DNA of 64,000 nt from the NCBI GenBank assembly GCA_965277405.1, contig OZ255726.1:1280001-1344000 (forward strand). The letters run 5' to 3'. The stretch is from Gammaproteobacteria bacterium. Its GTDB lineage: Bacteria > Pseudomonadota > Gammaproteobacteria > G965277405. The notes beneath the pieces are model-generated. The model ran no database searches and was not told where the DNA came from. It saw nothing but the letters and a program-made list of their open reading frames with translations. Below, one piece after another: positions 41,948-51,986 of the stretch; within the stretch, counting starts at the first letter, position 1, and every line of letters starts with the position of its first letter. Position numbers and translations under genes: made by a program.

Positions 41948-43957
41948 TCAACTGACCGCAACAAATCGTTGTTTCAAGATATGAATTTGATCACGGTACC
42001 ATGATGCTTGTTCAAACTCGAGCTGTTGCGCGGCATGGTGCATTTTTTCTTCAAGTTTGGTAATTTCTTGATGAATTTGCACATCAGTCATTTTGTTATA
42101 ATTCGTAGCTGCAGTTGCAGTATTGGTTGCTGCACCGTTGTAGCTTTGTCCAATATCTAACATGTCATCAATCGGTTTTTCAATTTGACGCGGTGTGATA
42201 TTATGCTGCTTATTGAATGCTGTTTGACAGGCTCTTCTGCGGTCGGTTTCATCAATTGCTCGCTGCATCGAATTTGTTATTTTATCTGCATACAAAATAA
42301 CACGACCGTGTAAGTTGCGCGATGCTCTGCCCATTGTTTGCACTAGCGAGCGTTCCGAACGGAGAAATCCTTCTTTATCTGCATCCAGAATTGCCACTAA
42401 TGCGACTTCGGGAATATCTAAACCTTCGCGCAATAAATTGATGCCAATCAACACATCAAACACAGCCATGCGCAGGTCTCTGATAATTGCTACGCGCTCG
42501 ACGGTTTCGATGTCTGAGTGCAAATACCGCGCTCTAATTTTTTGCTCAGCAAAATATTCTGACAAATCTTCTGCCATGCGTTTGGTTAATGTTGTAACCA
42601 ATACACGTTGTTTTTTTTCGCTGCAGACACGGACTTCAGATAACAAGTCATCTACCTGCTCGCTAGCAGGACGAATGACAATTTCAGGCTCTACTATTCC
42701 TGTAGGACGAACGAGCTGTTCTACAATTTGGTCGCTGTTTTGCGCTTCATAGTCGCCTGGTGTTGCAGAAATAAAAATACGTTGCAAAGAAAATTCTTCC
42801 CATTCTTCAAAGCGTAGCGGCCTATTGTCCAGCGCCGATGGCAGCCGAAACCCGTATTCTACTAATGTTTCTTTTCTAGATCGATCGCCTTTATACATTC
42901 CGCCAATTTGTGGGACTGTAACGTGGGATTCATCGATTAAAATCAATGTGTCTTTTGGCAAATAATCATACAGCGTTGGTGGCGCGTCGCCGCTTTTTCT
43001 ACCAGAAAGATAGCGTGAATAATTTTCTATTCCAGCACAATATCCAAGTTCACGAATCATTTCAATATCATATCTGCAGCGCTGCTCAAGCCTTTGTGCC
43101 TCCACAAGGTGATGCTCTGCACGCAGTATTGTGAGTTGCTGCGCCAGCTCAGCCTCTATCAATTCAATGGCGTTCAACAACGTTTGCCGTTCAGTCACAT
43201 AATGGGTTTTTGGGTAAATCGTGCAGCGAGGTAGGTCGTGAATAACTTGCCCAGTTAATGGGTCGATAAAGCGCAGGCTTTCGACTTCATCATCAAATAG
43301 TGATATGCGAATCGCTTCGCGGTCGGATTCAGCTGGAAACACGTCGATGTTTTCACCGCGTACGCGGTAAGTGCCGCGATCAAAACCCACGTCATTGCGT
43401 TTATACTGTAATTCACTCAACCTGCGTACTATTTTACGTTGGTCAATGATTTCGCCAACACTGAGATGTAACATCATCTTTAAATATTGCTCGGGTGAGC
43501 CCAAACCATAAATAGAAGATACGGTAGAAACAATAATCGTGTCTGGACGTTCTAATAACGCCTTGGTCGCCGAAAGCCGCATTTGTTCAATATGCTTGTT
43601 TACCGAAGCATCTTTATCTATAAAAGTATCAGATGCTGGGACGTATGCCTCTGGTTGATAGTAGTCATAATAACTGACGAAATACTCCACAGCGTTATTT
43701 GGAAAAAACGACTTGAATTCTCGGTATAGTTGTGCAGCTAAGGTCTTATTGTGCGCCATTATAATTGCTGGACGTTGCAGATCCATTAGCATATGGGCGA
43801 GGGTGAATGTTTTTCCTGAGCCAGTGACGCCAAGCAAGGTCTGGTGCGCAAGTCCGCTGTTAATACCATCCACTAACTGCGCGATTGCAGCGGGCTGATC
43901 TCCAGAAGGTTTAAACGGTGCGTGAACGCGTAATTGGTATCGTAAGGGGTCTACCAT
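41948..43957 (-). CDS. uvrB: Excinuclease ABC subunit B
   Basis: [62 protein letters not shown]-terminal UVR domain. Start trimmed to ATG 43957. Confidence 0.97.
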   Translation of the reverse strand: MVDPLRYQLRVHAPFKPSGDQPAAIAQLVDGINSGLAHQTLLGVTGSGKTFTLAHMLMDLQRPAIIMAHNKTLAAQLYREFKSFFPNNAVEYFVSYYDYYQPEAYVPASDTFIDKDASVNKHIEQMRLSATKALLERPDTIIVSTVSSIYGLGSPEQYLKMMLHLSVGEIIDQRKIVRRLSELQYKRNDVGFDRGTYRVRGENIDVFPAESDREAIRISLFDDEVESLRFIDPLTGQVIHDLPRCTIYPKTHYVTERQTLLNAIELIEAELAQQLTILRAEHHLVEAQRLEQRCRYDIEMIRELGYCAGIENYSRYLSGRKSGDAPPTLYDYLPKDTLILIDESHVTVPQIGGMYKGDRSRKETLVEYGFRLPSALDNRPLRFEEWEEFSLQRIFISATPGDYEAQNSDQIVEQLVRPTGIVEPEIVIRPASEQVDDLLSEVRVCSEKKQRVLVTTLTKRMAEDLSEYFAEQKIRARYLHSDIETVERVAIIRDLRMAVFDVLIGINLLREGLDIPEVALVAILDADKEGFLRSERSLVQTMGRASRNLHGRVILYADKITNSMQRAIDETDRRRACQTAFNKQHNITPRQIEKPIDDMLDIGQSYNGAATNTATAATNYNKMTDVQIHQEITKLEEKMHHAAQQLEFEQASWYRDQIHILKQRFVAVS

Positions 43958-44022
43958 AAAGTAGTAAATTGCGCTGTATATAAGGAAGTTTTGAAAAATA
44001 TCAAAATAACACGCTTTTAATG

Positions 44023-44050
44023 TTGCGTTGCACAAAAAACATATTATTAT
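44023..44050 (+). promoter_or_regulatory. Putative sigma70 promoter for the candidate sRNA
   Basis: TTGCGT-N16-TATTAT with AT-rich sequence upstream, ending 7 nt before the first hairpin. Confidence 0.45.
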
Positions 44051-44057
44051 CCTTTGC

Positions 44058-44182
44058 GTCGCCCCGAAATCCCCCCCTGGTCTCGGGGACGGCAACAAGA
44101 TGTGTGCGTTTCTTTCCTCCTCCTTGAGAAACGCACAATCTTCCTCCTTAAGAAAAGCGATCCTAGATCGCTTTTCTTTTTT
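44058..44182 (+). ncRNA. Candidate small RNA with C-rich / anti-Shine-Dalgarno loops
   Basis: Three consecutive hairpins: GTCGCCCCGA/TCGGGGACGGC with a C7 loop region; AAGAT-G-TGTGCGTTTCT/AGAAACGCACA-ATCTT with loop TTCCTCCTCCTTG; linker CCTCCTT; then a terminator. Confidence 0.65.
44150..44182 (+). terminator. Rho-independent terminator
   Basis: AAGAAAAGCGATC-CTA-GATCGCTTTTCTT followed by TTTT. Confidence 0.8.
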
Positions 44183-44333
44183 AAAGCCGAAATTACCTCT
44201 CTTACCTTTACTATCTCTCGCCTTTACAACAAGCGAATAGGTCATTGTAGCCTAAAATAACTTTTTGTTGCAACTTATTGACTATACAATGCGTATTTAT
44301 TTCCTATATTTATGTATATAGGGAGCGTCGCAT

Positions 44334-44837
44334 ATGAATAATCACCAAATAGCCGTAGTCATGGGTTCCCATTCTGATTGGAAAACAATGCAGCATTGCT
44401 GTGCAATCCTTGACGATTTCAATCAGCAATATCTCAAACAAGTCGTATCTGCGCACCGCAGCCCTGACTTAATGTTTTCTTTTGTGGAACAGGCTCGCGA
44501 TAATGGCATAAAAATCATCATTGCAGCAGCAGGCGGAGCAGCACACCTGCCTGGAATGCTTGCCGCTAAAACTACTGTCCCTGTTATCGGCGTACCGATT
44601 GCCTCACAAATCCTTAATGGCATTGATTCATTATTATCAATCGTACAGATGCCTGCGGGAGTACCTGTAGCAACAATGGCAATTGGCAAAGCAGGAGCGA
44701 TTAACGCTGCGTTATTTGCATTGGCTATGTTATCTACTCACGACAGCAAGATTGCCACAGCTATTGCAGCATTTCGCAACAACAACCAACAACGGATATT
44801 AGACAACCCAAATCCAAGCCAGCCTCCATGCGTGTAG
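44334..44837 (+). CDS. purE: N5-CAIR mutase
   Basis: VMGSHSDW, VVSAHRSP, AGGAAHLPGM, GIDSLLSIVQMPAGVPVAT. Confidence 0.96.
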   Translation: MNNHQIAVVMGSHSDWKTMQHCCAILDDFNQQYLKQVVSAHRSPDLMFSFVEQARDNGIKIIIAAAGGAAHLPGMLAAKTTVPVIGVPIASQILNGIDSLLSIVQMPAGVPVATMAIGKAGAINAALFALAMLSTHDSKIATAIAAFRNNNQQRILDNPNPSQPPCV

Positions 44838-45919
44838 GCATTCTTGGAGCCGGCCAGCTTGGGAAAATGCTGTCGTGGGCGCTGAAAAAACGTGGAGATA
44901 GCGTTGTTTTTTTCGATAGCGACGCCAATGCCTGCGCTCGCAATGAGGGCGACTTCATCCATGCTGCATTTGATGATTTTGCAGAGCTCGATACACTGAT
45001 TGCAGCGACCGATATCCTGACGTGCGAGTTTGAGAACATCCCATACGCGACGCTTGCCTATGTTGCCCAACGCCAACAGCTGTTGCCAAACCCGCGTTCA
45101 TTCCAAACGACTCAAGACCGCTTATTAGAAAAGAAGCTATTCAATGAATTAGCCATCCCAACACCACAGTTTTATCCTATTAATACGCTCGAATCGTTCG
45201 ACACGATTGGTAATGCGTTGCAACAGCCAATCGTAAAAACCCGCCATGGAGGCTATGACGGCAAGGGTCAATTTAGCATCAATCAGGCCAAGAGCATCTT
45301 TGAGACCACCCCACTCATGGCTGAAGAACGGATAGACTTTGATTTTGAAGTATCGCTGATTGGCTGCCGTACTAACCGCAACGCTACATTTCTACCGCTA
45401 CAAATAAATCATCATACACATGGTATATTACATAGCACTGTGGCGGGCGTGGTTATGGACGCTGCGCTCACGCAACAAGCGCAGCAATATTGGTTGCGTG
45501 TTGCTGAAAACCTTAATTATCAAGGAGTATTGTCGTTGGAATTTTTCGTGCGCAATAATGTATTACTAGCAAATGAATATGCGCCCCGCGTGCATAACTC
45601 GGGTCACTGGTCGCTTGACGGTGCTCAACACAGTCAATTTGATCTCCATGCTGCAGCAATACACAACGATGTCATCCCTCATAACGACTTTCAACCGACT
45701 TTAATGATCAACTGTATCGGTGCTATACCAACGACACCGTTGCCAGAATTTGCAAGGCTATACGATTATAGCAAGTCAGCGCGCCCAGATCGTAAAATGG
45801 GGCATATCAACTGTGTGGCAAATTCAATACCGCAGTTGCACGAATACGCTAAACAATTATCATCCTTGCTTGATGAAGAAATCTCTAACCAGCTGTTCTG
45901 CAGCCTCGCTACGCGTTGA
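44828..45919 (+). CDS. purK: N5-CAIR synthetase (ATP-grasp)
   Basis: GILGAGQLGKM, EFEN, QDRLLEK, GGYDGKGQ, NEYAPRVHNSGHW, RKMGH. Confidence 0.94.
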   Translation: MRVGILGAGQLGKMLSWALKKRGDSVVFFDSDANACARNEGDFIHAAFDDFAELDTLIAATDILTCEFENIPYATLAYVAQRQQLLPNPRSFQTTQDRLLEKKLFNELAIPTPQFYPINTLESFDTIGNALQQPIVKTRHGGYDGKGQFSINQAKSIFETTPLMAEERIDFDFEVSLIGCRTNRNATFLPLQINHHTHGILHSTVAGVVMDAALTQQAQQYWLRVAENLNYQGVLSLEFFVRNNVLLANEYAPRVHNSGHWSLDGAQHSQFDLHAAAIHNDVIPHNDFQPTLMINCIGAIPTTPLPEFARLYDYSKSARPDRKMGHINCVANSIPQLHEYAKQLSSLLDEEISNQLFCSLATR

Positions 45920-45960
45920 GTATTCATTTTGCTTAACCTCGTGTCATCAGCGGTTTGTTG

Positions 45961-46929
45961 TTATCCTTCTTTAATATACGGGCGACCAAGTGCCTTTGGC
46001 GCAATAGCTTTGCCAATAAATCCAGCAAGCAGAATAACAGTAAGGACATACGGGAGCGCTTGAAATGCTTGTGGGGGTAAAATTCCAACCCACGGTAACG
46101 AAATACTATACATCCGTGTTTCCATCGCGCTAAGAAAACCAAACAATAAGCATGTTGCCATGACCTGCAGCGGCCGCCATTTTCCAAAAACAACTGCGGC
46201 AAGGGCAATATAGCCGCTTCCAGCTGTCATTTCTTTCGAAAAGCCAGCGTTGAGTGATATTGAAAATAGTGCACCAGCTATGCCACACAGCACGCCGGTA
46301 ACCATCACCGCATATAACCGCTGGCGGATAACATTAACACCTGCTGAGTCTACAGCGTTTGGTTCTTCGCCTACTGCGCGTAACCGTAGCCCAAACCTGG
46401 TATGTTGCAGCACAAACCAAACAATTGGTACGCTGAGAAAGGCAAGGTAGATAAGTATAGAATGCCCTGAAATCACTGAGCTATAAAACATTTGCAAGGT
46501 TGAATCAGAATTCTCATTTGTAAAGGGTAGTGTGATGGGATGAAAACGTTGCTCGTCGTTTAGATTAGGTGTTTTTGGACCGATGCCAAACCATGCATTC
46601 ACCAAGACCACGGTGATACCACTGGCAATAAAGTTGAGTGAAAGAGCCGAAACCACATGATCGCCACGATAAATAACGGTTGCAATACCATGAAATATTG
46701 CAACAAATACTCCTGCAAAAATGGCGAATAGTAAGCCAATCCAAGGCGAGTTGAATACCAGTGCAGCACTGGCAGCGGCAAAGGCACTGACGAGCATCTT
46801 TCCTTCTAAACCAATATCTACTATGCCGGCACGTTCAGAAAATAACCCCCCCATTGACGCAAGCAATAATGGGGCAGAGAGGCGAATGACTGCCCCAAAA
46901 ATACTCATAATATCTGGCAATAAACCCAT
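45961..46929 (-). CDS. Nucleoside/sugar ABC permease
   Basis: GGLFSERAG.VDIGLEG.M, TRFGLRLRAVGE.P.A....G, G.GYIALAA..FGKWRP. Confidence 0.9.
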   Translation of the reverse strand: MGLLPDIMSIFGAVIRLSAPLLLASMGGLFSERAGIVDIGLEGKMLVSAFAAASAALVFNSPWIGLLFAIFAGVFVAIFHGIATVIYRGDHVVSALSLNFIASGITVVLVNAWFGIGPKTPNLNDEQRFHPITLPFTNENSDSTLQMFYSSVISGHSILIYLAFLSVPIVWFVLQHTRFGLRLRAVGEEPNAVDSAGVNVIRQRLYAVMVTGVLCGIAGALFSISLNAGFSKEMTAGSGYIALAAVVFGKWRPLQVMATCLLFGFLSAMETRMYSISLPWVGILPPQAFQALPYVLTVILLAGFIGKAIAPKALGRPYIKEG

Positions 46930-48032
46930 TATGCAGCGTGCGGTATTCTGCGGAGGGCATAATTTCTATACCTGATCTCCATTGGTTTTCTGACCATTTG
47001 GTCAAGCGCAGCTACGAAGAATATGACCAGTCCTTGAATGACCAATATCAGATCTGGACTAATCTGTTTAAATTCAAACTGCAAGTCAATTGTCCCTTGA
47101 AATAGCCCACCAAATAATAATGCAGCCACGCATATCCCAAGTGGGTTGCACCGCCCCATTAAGGCCACAGCAATACCAAGAAAACCTAAGCCATTGGTGT
47201 AGTTCAACATCAGCATATTTTTAGATCCATATACTTCATTGATGGCCATTAGACCAGCAAGCCCGCCTGACAATGCCATGGTGATAATGATTATTTTGCG
47301 GGTCTTCAGCCCAGCATATTGCGCTGCTTTAGGGTTTTCGCCAAGTGCTCGCAATGTATAGCCAAAGCGCGAGCGCCACAGTAGCCACCATACAAAAATT
47401 GCACAAAGTATTGCAATGATAAACGAAAAGTTGAGCGGCATTGGAAACGCAGCAATGCCAAATGGAGCGAGCCAATGGTCAACCGTAGGTATGAGTATAT
47501 TTGGTGAAAACAATCTGGTTTCTATTGATAATCCTTTATTGTTAAGCATATAATTTATGAGCAAGTAATTCATTAACGCTGCAGCAATATAATTAAACAT
47601 GATAGTCGTCACTACGATGTGTGCGCCACGGTAGGCCTGCAAAATCCCAGGTATCATTGCCCAAATTGCCCCAAAACCCACCGCAGCAACAATCGCTAAC
47701 GGCACTATGAGCCAGATACTGAGGATGTGGTCAAACGCAAGACAAATAACCGCAACACCCAGACCCGCAAGATATGCTTGACCTTCACCGCCAATATTTA
47801 ACAACCCAGCATGGAAGGCGACGGCTACTGCCAGCCCTGTGAACGTTAAACTCGTTGCGTAATATAATGTGGCTGGCAGCCCGAAATCAGGGTCAAACAC
47901 CCCGGTTATCATGACTGCCATGGTATCAAGAGGATTTTCCCCCACTAATAGTACAACGCACGAAGCAGCAGAAAACGCCAGCAACAACTGGACAGCTGGA
48001 ATGCATACAGCGGTATACCAACGAGGTATCAT
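46929..48032 (-). CDS. Nucleoside/sugar ABC permease
   Basis: AGLLNIGGEGQ, TTIMFNYIA, GYTLRALGENPKAAQYAG, GFLGIAVALMGR.NP.G. Confidence 0.9.
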   Translation of the reverse strand: MIPRWYTAVCIPAVQLLLAFSAASCVVLLVGENPLDTMAVMITGVFDPDFGLPATLYYATSLTFTGLAVAVAFHAGLLNIGGEGQAYLAGLGVAVICLAFDHILSIWLIVPLAIVAAVGFGAIWAMIPGILQAYRGAHIVVTTIMFNYIAAALMNYLLINYMLNNKGLSIETRLFSPNILIPTVDHWLAPFGIAAFPMPLNFSFIIAILCAIFVWWLLWRSRFGYTLRALGENPKAAQYAGLKTRKIIIITMALSGGLAGLMAINEVYGSKNMLMLNYTNGLGFLGIAVALMGRCNPLGICVAALLFGGLFQGTIDLQFEFKQISPDLILVIQGLVIFFVAALDQMVRKPMEIRYRNYALRRIPHAA

Positions 48033-49612
48033 CCGTGTGTTGCCGATTGAGTCATTAACAATCCTACTGCAGGAATATCTGTTGCGCATGTTGGTGAGGT
48101 GCCCGTTATCCGCCCTTCGTTCATGACAACGATAGTATCTGCGAGGTCAAAAATTTCTTCCAGTTCTACAGATATAACGAGGATGGCGGCGCCTTCATCT
48201 CGCGCAGCACGCAACGCTTGGTAGATTTGCTCGATTGCCCCGACATCCACACCGCGGGTGGGCTGGCCAATCAATAATATTTGCGGATTACGAAACATTT
48301 CGCGTGCGAGAATGAGTTTTTGTTGGTTACCGCCAGACATATTTGCAGTCTTTAAGGAGTTGTTTTTTGGTCGAATGTCAAATGAATGGATAAGTTCATT
48401 GGCATGCTTGTTGACAGCCATTGGGCTAAGCTGCATTCCTTTACCAAATAATTGGTCTTCGTGGTAGCCAAGAATAGCAGACTCTGCCATTGAGAAATTC
48501 TTGATAATGCCTTGTGCCAGCCTATCTTCTGGAACGTGTGCGCAGCTGTTATCACGAAGTTTATCGGCAGCAATCCAATGTTCTGTTGTATAGGTGTTGT
48601 GGACACCGTCTATAATTGTTTCCATGGTGCCGCTGCTGGGTGTGCAGAGCCCGACCATTGCTGCAAGTAGCTCGCTTTGCCCATTGCCTACTACACCAGC
48701 GATACCAACAATTTCACCAGCACGAACGGCAAGATTGATGTTGTGAAAGCGAGCTATACCACGGGCATCTGTGTAACATAGGTTGGTCAGCTTGAGTAGC
48801 GGTTTGCCGCTAATATTGCGCTTTTGCTGGATGTGCTGGATGTGCTGGATACTCAAAAGGCGGTCAACCATCAATTGGGCAAGTTCTTTGCGGTTTGTTT
48901 GCGCAGTGACTTTGTGGGCAACCACTTTACCTGCACGCATGACAGTAACGTTATCAGTGATCTCAATGATTTCTTGCAGTTTGTGGGTGATGAGTATTAC
49001 CGTCATTCCCTGCAGTTTGAGTTGGCGTAATATGTTGAATAATGCGCTGGCCTCCTGCGGGGTGAGTACCCCTGTTGGCTCATCTAATATAAGTATTTGA
49101 GCTTGGCGATATAGTGCTTTGAGTATTTCCAAGCGTTGTTGTTCGCCAATGTTCATTTCAGCAACGATGCAGTCTAAGTCGACCCACAACTGATACCGAC
49201 TCATGATTTCCTCGATCACGGGACGAACACGGTTTCTGGCGCGGACCAACAACCACGTTCGTTCATAGCCTAGAATGATGTTATCAAGTGCTGTTAATGT
49301 TGCTACCAACATGAAATGTTGGTGCACCATCCCAATACCCGCGCGAATAGCTTGAAACGAGTTTTCTATGGAAACTGGCACTCCGTGCAGCTTAATTGTA
49401 CCGCTATCTGCTGGATAAAAACCATACAGAATCGACATTAGTGTCGACTTACCCGCACCGTTCTCGCCAACTATACCATGAATACTTGCTGGCACGATTT
49501 GCAAACTGACGGCATTATTGGCGATGACGACACCAAATGTTTTGGTAATGGCTGCCAGTTCAACAGCGAATGGTGCTAGCTGTGTATCTGTAGGACTTGC
49601 AACCAGTGGCAT
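48029..49612 (-). CDS. Nucleoside/sugar ABC ATP-binding protein (two ABC domains)
   Basis: GENGAGKSTLM, GMVHQHFML, LILDEPT.VLTPQE, SGGNQQK, QPTRGVDVGA. Confidence 0.93.
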   Translation of the reverse strand: MPLVASPTDTQLAPFAVELAAITKTFGVVIANNAVSLQIVPASIHGIVGENGAGKSTLMSILYGFYPADSGTIKLHGVPVSIENSFQAIRAGIGMVHQHFMLVATLTALDNIILGYERTWLLVRARNRVRPVIEEIMSRYQLWVDLDCIVAEMNIGEQQRLEILKALYRQAQILILDEPTGVLTPQEASALFNILRQLKLQGMTVILITHKLQEIIEITDNVTVMRAGKVVAHKVTAQTNRKELAQLMVDRLLSIQHIQHIQQKRNISGKPLLKLTNLCYTDARGIARFHNINLAVRAGEIVGIAGVVGNGQSELLAAMVGLCTPSSGTMETIIDGVHNTYTTEHWIAADKLRDNSCAHVPEDRLAQGIIKNFSMAESAILGYHEDQLFGKGMQLSPMAVNKHANELIHSFDIRPKNNSLKTANMSGGNQQKLILAREMFRNPQILLIGQPTRGVDVGAIEQIYQALRAARDEGAAILVISVELEEIFDLADTIVVMNEGRITGTSPTCATDIPAVGLLMTQSATHG

Positions 49613-49630
49613 ATTGTATGGGTGTTGGTG

Positions 49631-50614
49631 TTATGAGCAGGTATTATGGTCCATGTAGTTGGTGACTTTTATTTTTCCTGCCATGATTTGTTTTTTTATG
49701 GATTTAATTTTATCCTGCATCGCTGGCGTTATTAAGTCTTGGTTATATGAGTCAAGCGCCCAATCGACTCCACCCTCAAGTAGACCAAGGTCAGAAACGT
49801 AGCTGCTGACTTCGTTGTCAGTTGTATCGTATTCAAATGATTGGCGAACTGCAACATCTACACGTTTTACCATTGAGGTTAGCATGGTACCAGGGTGTAA
49901 GCTGTTTTGATTGCTGTCCACGCCGATCGCATATATGCCTGTATCTTTCGCAGCTTGATAGACACCGTAACTTGTTGCGCCTGCGGCAGCAAAGATAACG
50001 TCCACACCACGGTCAACTTGAGCTCGAGTCAGCTCCGCTCCTTTGGTTGGGTTATTCCATGCAGTTGGAGTTGTGCCTGTCATGTTTTCTATAATTTCTA
50101 CATTAGGATCTGCATATTTTGCACCTTGATTATACCCGCATGCAAAACGGCGGATGAGTGGAACATCCATCCCGCCAACAAAGCCAATTTTGTGCGAGCG
50201 AGATTTGAGCGCGGCTAATGCTCCAACAAGAAATGAACCTTCGTGATCGCGGAAGACAACCGACTGGACATTTGGTTGACCATTTACCACCATATCAATA
50301 ATGTAAAATTGTATTTTTGGGAATAGAGGAGCAACTTTAATTATTGCTGACGCACCAATAAACCCAATGCTAACAATTGGATTATTACCACGTTTGGCTA
50401 AACGGATGAGAATTTGCTCACGGGCACCTTCTGAGGTTACACTGATTTCCGTGTAATCTTGATTATGAGCTTGTTTCCACGCCTCAGCTCCTTGGTATGC
50501 TAAAAAGTTAAACCCGCCATCGTTCTTCCCTTCTTTGGGAAATACGAGTGCAGGCTGAGACCACGCGAGTGTTGGAAAAAGCAGAACAAAAAGAAATGAA
50601 ATAAGTATGCGCAT
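49631..50614 (-). CDS. BMP-family ABC substrate-binding protein (purine nucleoside-type)
   Basis: D.GFN..AY.G, F..HEGSFLVG, GFVGGMD.P.I, IFAAAG, AIGVDSNQ, TSMVKRVD. Confidence 0.9.
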   Translation of the reverse strand: MRILISFLFVLLFPTLAWSQPALVFPKEGKNDGGFNFLAYQGAEAWKQAHNQDYTEISVTSEGAREQILIRLAKRGNNPIVSIGFIGASAIIKVAPLFPKIQFYIIDMVVNGQPNVQSVVFRDHEGSFLVGALAALKSRSHKIGFVGGMDVPLIRRFACGYNQGAKYADPNVEIIENMTGTTPTAWNNPTKGAELTRAQVDRGVDVIFAAAGATSYGVYQAAKDTGIYAIGVDSNQNSLHPGTMLTSMVKRVDVAVRQSFEYDTTDNEVSSYVSDLGLLEGGVDWALDSYNQDLITPAMQDKIKSIKKQIMAGKIKVTNYMDHNTCS

Positions 50615-50649
50615 GTTGTACCCCTAGAATAAAAAAAGGCTGATGATAG

Positions 50650-50665
50650 CTGATTTGCAAATCAG
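50650..50665. promoter_or_regulatory. Perfect 16-bp palindrome, candidate operator
   Basis: CTGATTTGCAAATCAG, 35 bp upstream of the BMP start codon. Confidence 0.4.
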
Positions 50666-50811
50666 ATGCTTTACTTTATTTCGAGTATTACTCCATCCAG
50701 CCTATGTCAGATAAATTTTTATAAATGAATGAATGAATTTTTGCCTAAGAAAGAGACAGCCTAAGTAGAATAGAGTAGGATTTATTTTTTTATTTCATTA
50801 TATTTTTAGCT

Positions 50812-51009
50812 ATGGCCGTCCAGAAAAACAGAAAAAGTAGATCAAAGCGAGGAATGAGGCGCTCACACCTACATATTAAAACACCAACACTCACTGAAAA
50901 TAAAGTCACTGGTGAAGTGCATGTGCGTCACCAAATGGATAGCCAAGGTGAATATCGTGGTAGGACAGTTGTTGTACCAAAAACTGTAGCAGCAGACAAC
51001 GAAGAATAA
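50812..51009 (+). CDS. rpmF: 50S ribosomal protein L32
   Basis: MAVQKNRKSRSKRGMRRSH...GEVHVRHQ...G.YRGR (zinc-free type). Confidence 0.95.
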   Translation: MAVQKNRKSRSKRGMRRSHLHIKTPTLTENKVTGEVHVRHQMDSQGEYRGRTVVVPKTVAADNEE

Positions 51010-51024
51010 CAGCTAGAGGTATAC

Positions 51025-51984
51025 ATGCCACATTCAAATGTTGCGTTCGTGTTCCCAGGTCAAGGTTCCCAGTATGTTGGCATGTGCGCTGATTTTTATG
51101 CGCAATTTCCAATCTTTCAAGCTACTTTTGCTGAGGCAAACGATACACTAGGTTTTGATCTTTGGGATATTATTCACAGTGGTCCAGAAGATAGACTTGC
51201 ATTAACCGAGTTCACTCAACCAGCAATTTTTACTTGCTCAATAGGACTGTGGCGGCTGTGGTTAGCAGATACTAAACAGCAGCCGAGTTTAATCGCAGGG
51301 CATAGTCTTGGTGAGTATTCAGCACTGGTTGCAGCAGGTGCGATGACTTTTGCCAGTGCGGTAGCACTTGTCCACGAGCGTGGTCGGTTGATGCAGCAAG
51401 CAATGGTGAATACACAAGGTGCAATGAGTGCAATTGTTGGCTTGGAAAGTGAACAAGTGATCGATATTTGCGCCCAGCTGAGCAATGAAAACACACCGCA
51501 ACATGTTGCTGTAGCCAATTTTAACTCATCTAGTCAAGTTGTTATTGCTGGGCATGCGTTATTGGTTGAGGTGGCAGAACAACATTGTAAGAAAGCTGGA
51601 GCAAAGTTAGTACGACGCTTGAATGTAAGTGTTCCTTCACATTGTGAATTAATGCGACCTGTAAGCGCAGTATTGAGTGAGAAAATAGAAAAAATTGTAA
51701 TCCAAAAACCAGCAGTTGCAATCGTGCAGAATGTCGATGCAAAGCCACATGTTGACCCAGAGATGATTCAACAAAATATTTTAACACAACTGTATCAACC
51801 GGTGTTATGGATGCAAACTATTGAGGAAATGCGTCAACTAGGCATCATGCAATTTGTTGAATGTGGGCCAAGCAAAGTGCTGCAAGGGTTGATAAAGCGT
51901 GTTTTTAAAGGAAGCGTCTTACATTCTTTTGATTGTGTTGAAGCATATATAGCTACCAAAGATTCATTCCTCATAGGTGAATAA
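51025..51984 (+). CDS. fabD: Malonyl CoA-ACP transacylase
   Basis: AFVFPGQGSQ, TQPA, AGHSLGEYSAL, RGRLMQ, LNVSVPSHC.LM. Confidence 0.95.
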   Translation: MPHSNVAFVFPGQGSQYVGMCADFYAQFPIFQATFAEANDTLGFDLWDIIHSGPEDRLALTEFTQPAIFTCSIGLWRLWLADTKQQPSLIAGHSLGEYSALVAAGAMTFASAVALVHERGRLMQQAMVNTQGAMSAIVGLESEQVIDICAQLSNENTPQHVAVANFNSSSQVVIAGHALLVEVAEQHCKKAGAKLVRRLNVSVPSHCELMRPVSAVLSEKIEKIVIQKPAVAIVQNVDAKPHVDPEMIQQNILTQLYQPVLWMQTIEEMRQLGIMQFVECGPSKVLQGLIKRVFKGSVLHSFDCVEAYIATKDSFLIGE

Positions 51985-51986
51985 AT

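Noticed and set aside
43974-43989. LexA box upstream of uvrB
   Set aside because: CTGTATATAAGGAAGT has only the left half-site and lacks the ACAG end.
44058-44182. CsrB/RsmZ-like GGA-loop RNA on the minus strand
   Set aside because: GGA motifs do fall in loops on the minus strand, but the U-tract, G-U pairs and promoter favour the plus strand. Disfavoured rather than excluded; it needs stranded RNA data.
43958-44245. 95-aa N-terminal extension of UvrB
   Set aside because: No UvrB similarity. It is the antisense of the hairpin region, and homology begins near ATG 43957.
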